This document shows positions 26,578 to 29,569 of a DNA stretch of 29,569 nt, piece after piece (the first letter of the stretch is position 1; each line of letters starts with the position of its first letter). A model generated the notes under the pieces. That model saw nothing but the letters and a program-made list of their open reading frames with translations, did not search any database and was not told the DNA's origin. Location: positions 1-29,569 of IMG/VR virus record IMGVR_UViG_3300032277_000055. One strand, written 5' to 3'. A program made the translations under genes and the position numbers. The stretch comes from a virus. Taxonomy: Duplodnaviria > Caudoviricetes.

Positions 26578-26663
26578 TCGTCAGGCATCCTCATGATCGC
26601 TGTGAATGCTAGTATGACTGTTGCGAATAGCAGCAGCATCAGTTCGCCGCCTACCGTCTCCAT
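26574..26663 (-). CDS. Small membrane peptide (29 aa, METVGGELMLLLFATVILAFTAIMRMPDE)
   Basis: Manual translation; overlaps both neighbours; one hydrophobic helix. Confidence 0.5.
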   Translation of the reverse strand: METVGGELMLLLFATVILAFTAIMRMPDE

Positions 26664-26812
26664 CTGGACACCTGCGGCAGAGCCTTGGATGGCTCTGGTT
26701 TGTCAGCCTTCAGGCGGTCGATACGTGCCTGGTAGTCGTCTCGGTTGGACTTACGGGTGATCTCCTGGTCGGAGTGGCGGTGGACCTTGCGGTCAGCTTT
26801 GAGAAGCTTCAT
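26651..26812 (-). CDS. Small basic hypothetical protein (53 aa)
   Basis: TAAGGA SD before ATG 26812. Confidence 0.55.
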   Translation of the reverse strand: MKLLKADRKVHRHSDQEITRKSNRDDYQARIDRLKADKPEPSKALPQVSRWRR

Positions 26813-26822
26813 GTCTATATCC

Positions 26823-26969
26823 TTAAACAAAGAGGGCAATGATGCCGTAAATCACGGCGATGAAGAAGATTGAATAGATCCCAGAGAGGATGGCGTCAGT
26901 CTCGATCTCTCGGTAACTGACGGGCTCCTTGGGGTCCTCACGGAAGCGCCAGTGGTTCTCACGTTTCAT
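26823..26969 (-). CDS. Small tail-anchored membrane protein (48 aa)
   Basis: Manual translation MKRENHWRF...ILSGIYSIFFIAVIYGIIALFV; GGAGGT SD; TAATG coupling. Confidence 0.6.
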   Translation of the reverse strand: MKRENHWRFREDPKEPVSYREIETDAILSGIYSIFFIAVIYGIIALFV

Positions 26970-27304
26970 TAGAGTACCTCCTCTAGGATGCGCCAGGAGG
27001 TCATCACCATACCGTCGAAGGTTGCCTCGATTGGCACCCCCTTAAGATCTGTGATGTTCTCAACCTTGGCTTGTTGCAGATACGCGATGATGGACCGGGT
27101 GTTCTTAGAGAACTCGTTGTCTTGGCTCTCCAGGTCCCACTTCGAGAACTCTGTTGGCTCATTAGCCCAGGCACCCTCGAAGTGTTGGCAGCCTGAACCC
27201 CCAAAGTTGAAGGTCAGGCTGAGCCCAAACATTGCATCTTGGTATCCCCCGAAGCCGTAGCGGCATGAGGCGATCTTACCTAGCTTGATGTTACTGTGTC
27301 TCAT
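26969..27304 (-). CDS. Hypothetical phage protein (111 aa; GFGGYQDAMFG)
   Basis: ATG overlaps the end of the upstream ORF. Confidence 0.7.
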   Translation of the reverse strand: MRHSNIKLGKIASCRYGFGGYQDAMFGLSLTFNFGGSGCQHFEGAWANEPTEFSKWDLESQDNEFSKNTRSIIAYLQQAKVENITDLKGVPIEATFDGMVMTSWRILEEVL

Positions 27305-27587
27305 CTTCAAGTCCTTCCGGCAGCAGCACAGGTCCAAGTGTACGTGCATTCCCACTATACCGGATATCGTCTGCCAGATCCTCGAGGTGCTGGAGGGCAA
27401 TCCAGTACACGTTCTTCCAGTGTACATGGCCTGTGCCTATGAGGAGACGGTTGGCAATCCAGTGACGATCAGCTCGCTCAGAGCCTCCTACTGAGGTCCA
27501 ACCTGCTGTAGCGGTCTGCCACGACTTGACGTCTTCGTCAGTGAACTGACCGATATCGTCGAGGTATGCGTTTAGTGATTTAGTCAT
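27291..27587 (-). CDS. Hypothetical early protein (98 aa)
   Basis: GGAG-N7-ATG. Confidence 0.6.
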   Translation of the reverse strand: MTKSLNAYLDDIGQFTDEDVKSWQTATAGWTSVGGSERADRHWIANRLLIGTGHVHWKNVYWIALQHLEDLADDIRYSGNARTLGPVLLPEGLEDETQ

Positions 27588-27717
27588 GTGTAGTCTCCGT
27601 GATGTTGTCGTTGAGAGTGAGAACCTCCAGGACGGCACCAACAATTGCGCTGGTGGTCCTGGAGGACTTGATGTCAGAGACCCGATTGAACAGGTCGAGG
27701 ATATCGTTGAGTGTCAT
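27580..27717 (-). CDS. Small hypothetical protein (45 aa)
   Basis: Manual translation MTLNDILDLFNRVSDIK...; ATGA coupling. Confidence 0.5.
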   Translation of the reverse strand: MTLNDILDLFNRVSDIKSSRTTSAIVGAVLEVLTLNDNITETTHD

Positions 27718-27926
27718 TGGCAAGGCTCCCAGTGGCGGTCTTCGTGAGTGGACCCCTCCTGGATGAGGAACTGTTGGACACCATCGATGTCTTCCAGTAG
27801 CTCGTCCAGGGTGGGGAGGTCCGGCTGATCCGGGAAAGCATCCCGGTGTATGTTTGAGGTAACCAAGAAGAGGGTGTCAGTCAGGAACTTCTCGGCGCGA
27901 AGGACGTTCAGTGGTTGATTGCTCAT
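27714..27926 (-). CDS. Hypothetical early protein (70 aa)
   Basis: ATGA coupling. Confidence 0.6.
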   Translation of the reverse strand: MSNQPLNVLRAEKFLTDTLFLVTSNIHRDAFPDQPDLPTLDELLEDIDGVQQFLIQEGSTHEDRHWEPCQ

Positions 27927-28198
27927 AGGTCCACCATGCTTTCTGCTTTACGACATGCGGCGATGCAGTCGTTCTGCTCTAGGAGTTTATTTCGGTTGAC
28001 GAACCCTGTGCCAGCACACTCGGGACAGTCCCAAGTCTCTACGAGTTCGCCGTTGATCCAACCTTCAACCGTACCGTGGTTGCAGAGTTGGCATTCATGG
28101 ATGTCGAAGTCTCTAGCGACCTCTTCAGCCAGGGAAGGATGCAGGCGAGCCTCGTGGGCTGCTCTGCGACGACCTTCAGCTTTTGATACGTTAGTCAT
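27923..28198 (-). CDS. Zinc-finger protein (DnaJ-like CxxCxxG...CPECAGTG; 91 aa)
   Basis: TAAGGAG SD; two CxxC motifs. Confidence 0.65.
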   Translation of the reverse strand: MTNVSKAEGRRRAAHEARLHPSLAEEVARDFDIHECQLCNHGTVEGWINGELVETWDCPECAGTGFVNRNKLLEQNDCIAACRKAESMVDL

Positions 28199-28210
28199 TG
28201 TCTTGTCTCC

Positions 28211-28762
28211 TTAGGCCACCCTATCAAGGGCGACCTCTAGTGTTACAGTTGTTGTCCAGAAGTATTGCTCGATGCCGTTTTGATCAGCATACCAATCATT
28301 GATACGTGCGCCTCGTGCGCTGTCACCGCTGTCTACGATCAGGCCCTTGTCTTGTAGTGAACCCATCACGCCGCCTATGGACTGTTTGTTCCAGCCCAGC
28401 TCCTGTTGGAGATCGTTAGCGTTCATCCATGTCATGTTGTCTTCAATCAGCCATTGAGCGTTCTCCGCTCCGTTGACTGAGACACCCTCCAGGAGGAAAG
28501 CTCGGAGCATCTCCAGCTCCTTAGGTGTCAGCGGGGTCATTGGGACCTCTATTGGGACCTCTTCAGGCTCCTGTGGGAAGTCCCAGTTGTCTTCTTTTTC
28601 GCAAACACGCTTGATGTAGTTTTCGAGGGACTGCCTGTTGGTGTACACAGTGTGCCATCCGCGTCTCAGAGGTTTTCCCTCGTGGATGAGATCAGCTGAC
28701 CAACCCTTAGGCGTTTGTCTGATCTTGAATGTGCAGGTGAGCTCTGCATGAATGTAAGCCAT
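28211..28762 (-). CDS. First early gene; two-domain protein with a C-terminal MarR-like winged HTH (183 aa)
   Basis: TAAGGA SD; LTPKELEML...NDLQQELGWNKQSIGGVMGSLQDKGLI. Confidence 0.65.
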   Translation of the reverse strand: MAYIHAELTCTFKIRQTPKGWSADLIHEGKPLRRGWHTVYTNRQSLENYIKRVCEKEDNWDFPQEPEEVPIEVPMTPLTPKELEMLRAFLLEGVSVNGAENAQWLIEDNMTWMNANDLQQELGWNKQSIGGVMGSLQDKGLIVDSGDSARGARINDWYADQNGIEQYFWTTTVTLEVALDRVA

Positions 28763-28786
28763 GATGTAGTTCCTTATGTGTGAGTG

Positions 28787-28956
28787 ATAGCAGCCCTGAA
28801 AGATGCACCCCGTCTCCGACCCTCGGCATCTCTCACGGTTTTATCCGCGCCTTGGGGGCTAGGCTTGTTCCCCCGTCCACACACTGTTTCCAGTGGATTG
28901 CCTGTCAGGGCATAAGGTAGGAGGGCCTCTTGGGGTGCAGCTATCGGGGCTGCTAT
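28787..28956 (-). ncRNA. Candidate 170-nt multibranch structured RNA in the early leader
   Basis: 25-nt closing arms ATAGCAGCCCCGATAGCTGCACCCC / GGGGTGCATCTTTCAGGGCTGCTAT enclosing several hairpins. Confidence 0.6.
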
Positions 28957-28987
28957 GAAGTAGGCGGGTCGTCCCGTCTACACAGCA

Positions 28988-29016
28988 TAGATAGGGACTA
29001 TGGTTCCAACATGCAA
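28988..29016 (-). promoter_or_regulatory. Candidate host sigma70-type early promoter TTGCAT-N17-TATCTA
   Basis: Lies right after a terminator and right before a 5' hairpin (28960-28981) and the early operon. Confidence 0.5.
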
Positions 29017-29029
29017 GCCCCTTGATGAT

Positions 29030-29075
29030 AAAAAAAGCCCCAACAGGCACACTTTTCGTGTAACCCATTGAGGCT
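29030..29075 (-). terminator. Intrinsic terminator ending the late operon
   Basis: AGCCTCAAT...GTTGGGGCT stem followed by a T-run on the minus strand. Confidence 0.85.
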
Positions 29076-29113
29076 ATTAGGTATTATTCTTGAAGTTTCT
29101 TCTTATTGAGGGG

Positions 29114-29482
29114 CTATTTCCCCCTCTTTGAGAGCTCTCTAACTCCAAATGAGGCTGCGACTGACGTCAGGAAGGCTGCAATCCACCACTCTGGGACACC
29201 TTCACTGAGGGCTTGGAAGCCATCAGCTACATAAGGTGCCATCCCAGGGATGAACACAGCGCCCACAGGTATCGCCAGGAAGATGACATGGAACTCATCC
29301 TTCCAGGATCTCATTGAGGCATGGACTTGGTTGTTGTCCCAGTCCACTTCAGCTTTCATCTTGGCGATCTTCGCCTGTGACTTAGCTTCTGCCTCGGCCG
29401 CTTTGCGAGTGAGTACCCCCGAGGCGATGGTACCCACCGCTCCGAGAGCTTGTTTGATCAGTGTAAGGATAGTTGCTGTCAT
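29114..29482 (-). CDS. Putative holin-like membrane protein (122 aa)
   Basis: Amphipathic N-terminus, coiled coil, SWKDE motif, two hydrophobic segments, FGVR and basic tail; last late gene. Confidence 0.6.
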   Translation of the reverse strand: MTATILTLIKQALGAVGTIASGVLTRKAAEAEAKSQAKIAKMKAEVDWDNNQVHASMRSWKDEFHVIFLAIPVGAVFIPGMAPYVADGFQALSEGVPEWWIAAFLTSVAASFGVRELSKRGK

Positions 29483-29484
29483 GT

Positions 29485-29569
29485 TTACTGACTTCTCCTA
29501 TTAACGCTGTTGTCTTCACGAAGCAGTTTGACCTCGTTAAGTGTGTCATGACTAGACTTGATGGATTGC
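29485..29569 (-). CDS. 3' end of an upstream late gene (partial)
   Basis: Open frame ...QSIKSSHDTLNEVKLLREDNSVNRRSQ* ending just before the holin-like ATG. Confidence 0.35.
   Translation of the reverse strand, partial: QSIKSSHDTLNEVKLLREDNSVNRRSQ

Noticed and set aside
28859-29068. 69-aa minus-strand ORF
   Set aside because: Starts inside the terminator and crosses the promoter and structured RNA; no SD.
130-29504. All plus-strand ORFs in the track
   Set aside because: They lie antisense to well-supported minus-strand genes or structured regions and have no recognisable motifs; they are shadow ORFs.
1-29569. Stop-codon reassignment, introns or inteins in core genes
   Set aside because: RNAP, DNA polymerase, helicase and RNR are uninterrupted and of expected size; TAA, TAG and TGA all end genes.

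Overview
This window is most of a podovirus-type phage genome, and every credible gene is on the minus strand. In transcription order (high to low coordinates) it reads: a late holin-like gene and terminator; a host-type promoter and a 170-nt structured RNA leader; small early genes; a tyrosine integrase; a T7-like single-subunit RNA polymerase; and a T7-type replication module. That module holds SSB, endonuclease I, an SleB-type hydrolase where T7 has its lysozyme, primase-helicase, family A DNA polymerase, a gp5.7-like gene, exonuclease, DUF3310 and a class II ribonucleotide reductase. A terminator and about 640 bp of non-coding DNA follow, then a tail/ejection module that does not look T7-type. 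Portal, capsid and terminase are not in the window. The most notable observations are: (i) two unannotated structured-RNA candidates, one with a tRNA-like fold upstream of the primase; (ii) a 26-bp putative phage-RNAP promoter seen only twice, each copy with an IHF-consensus site at identical spacing, one copy upstream of the RNAP gene itself; (iii) endonuclease I, and probably DNA polymerase, appear to start at CTG; (iv) near-total avoidance of GANTC; (v) genome ends possibly lying between the replication and structural modules. All family assignments come from motif recognition by eye, not from database searches.
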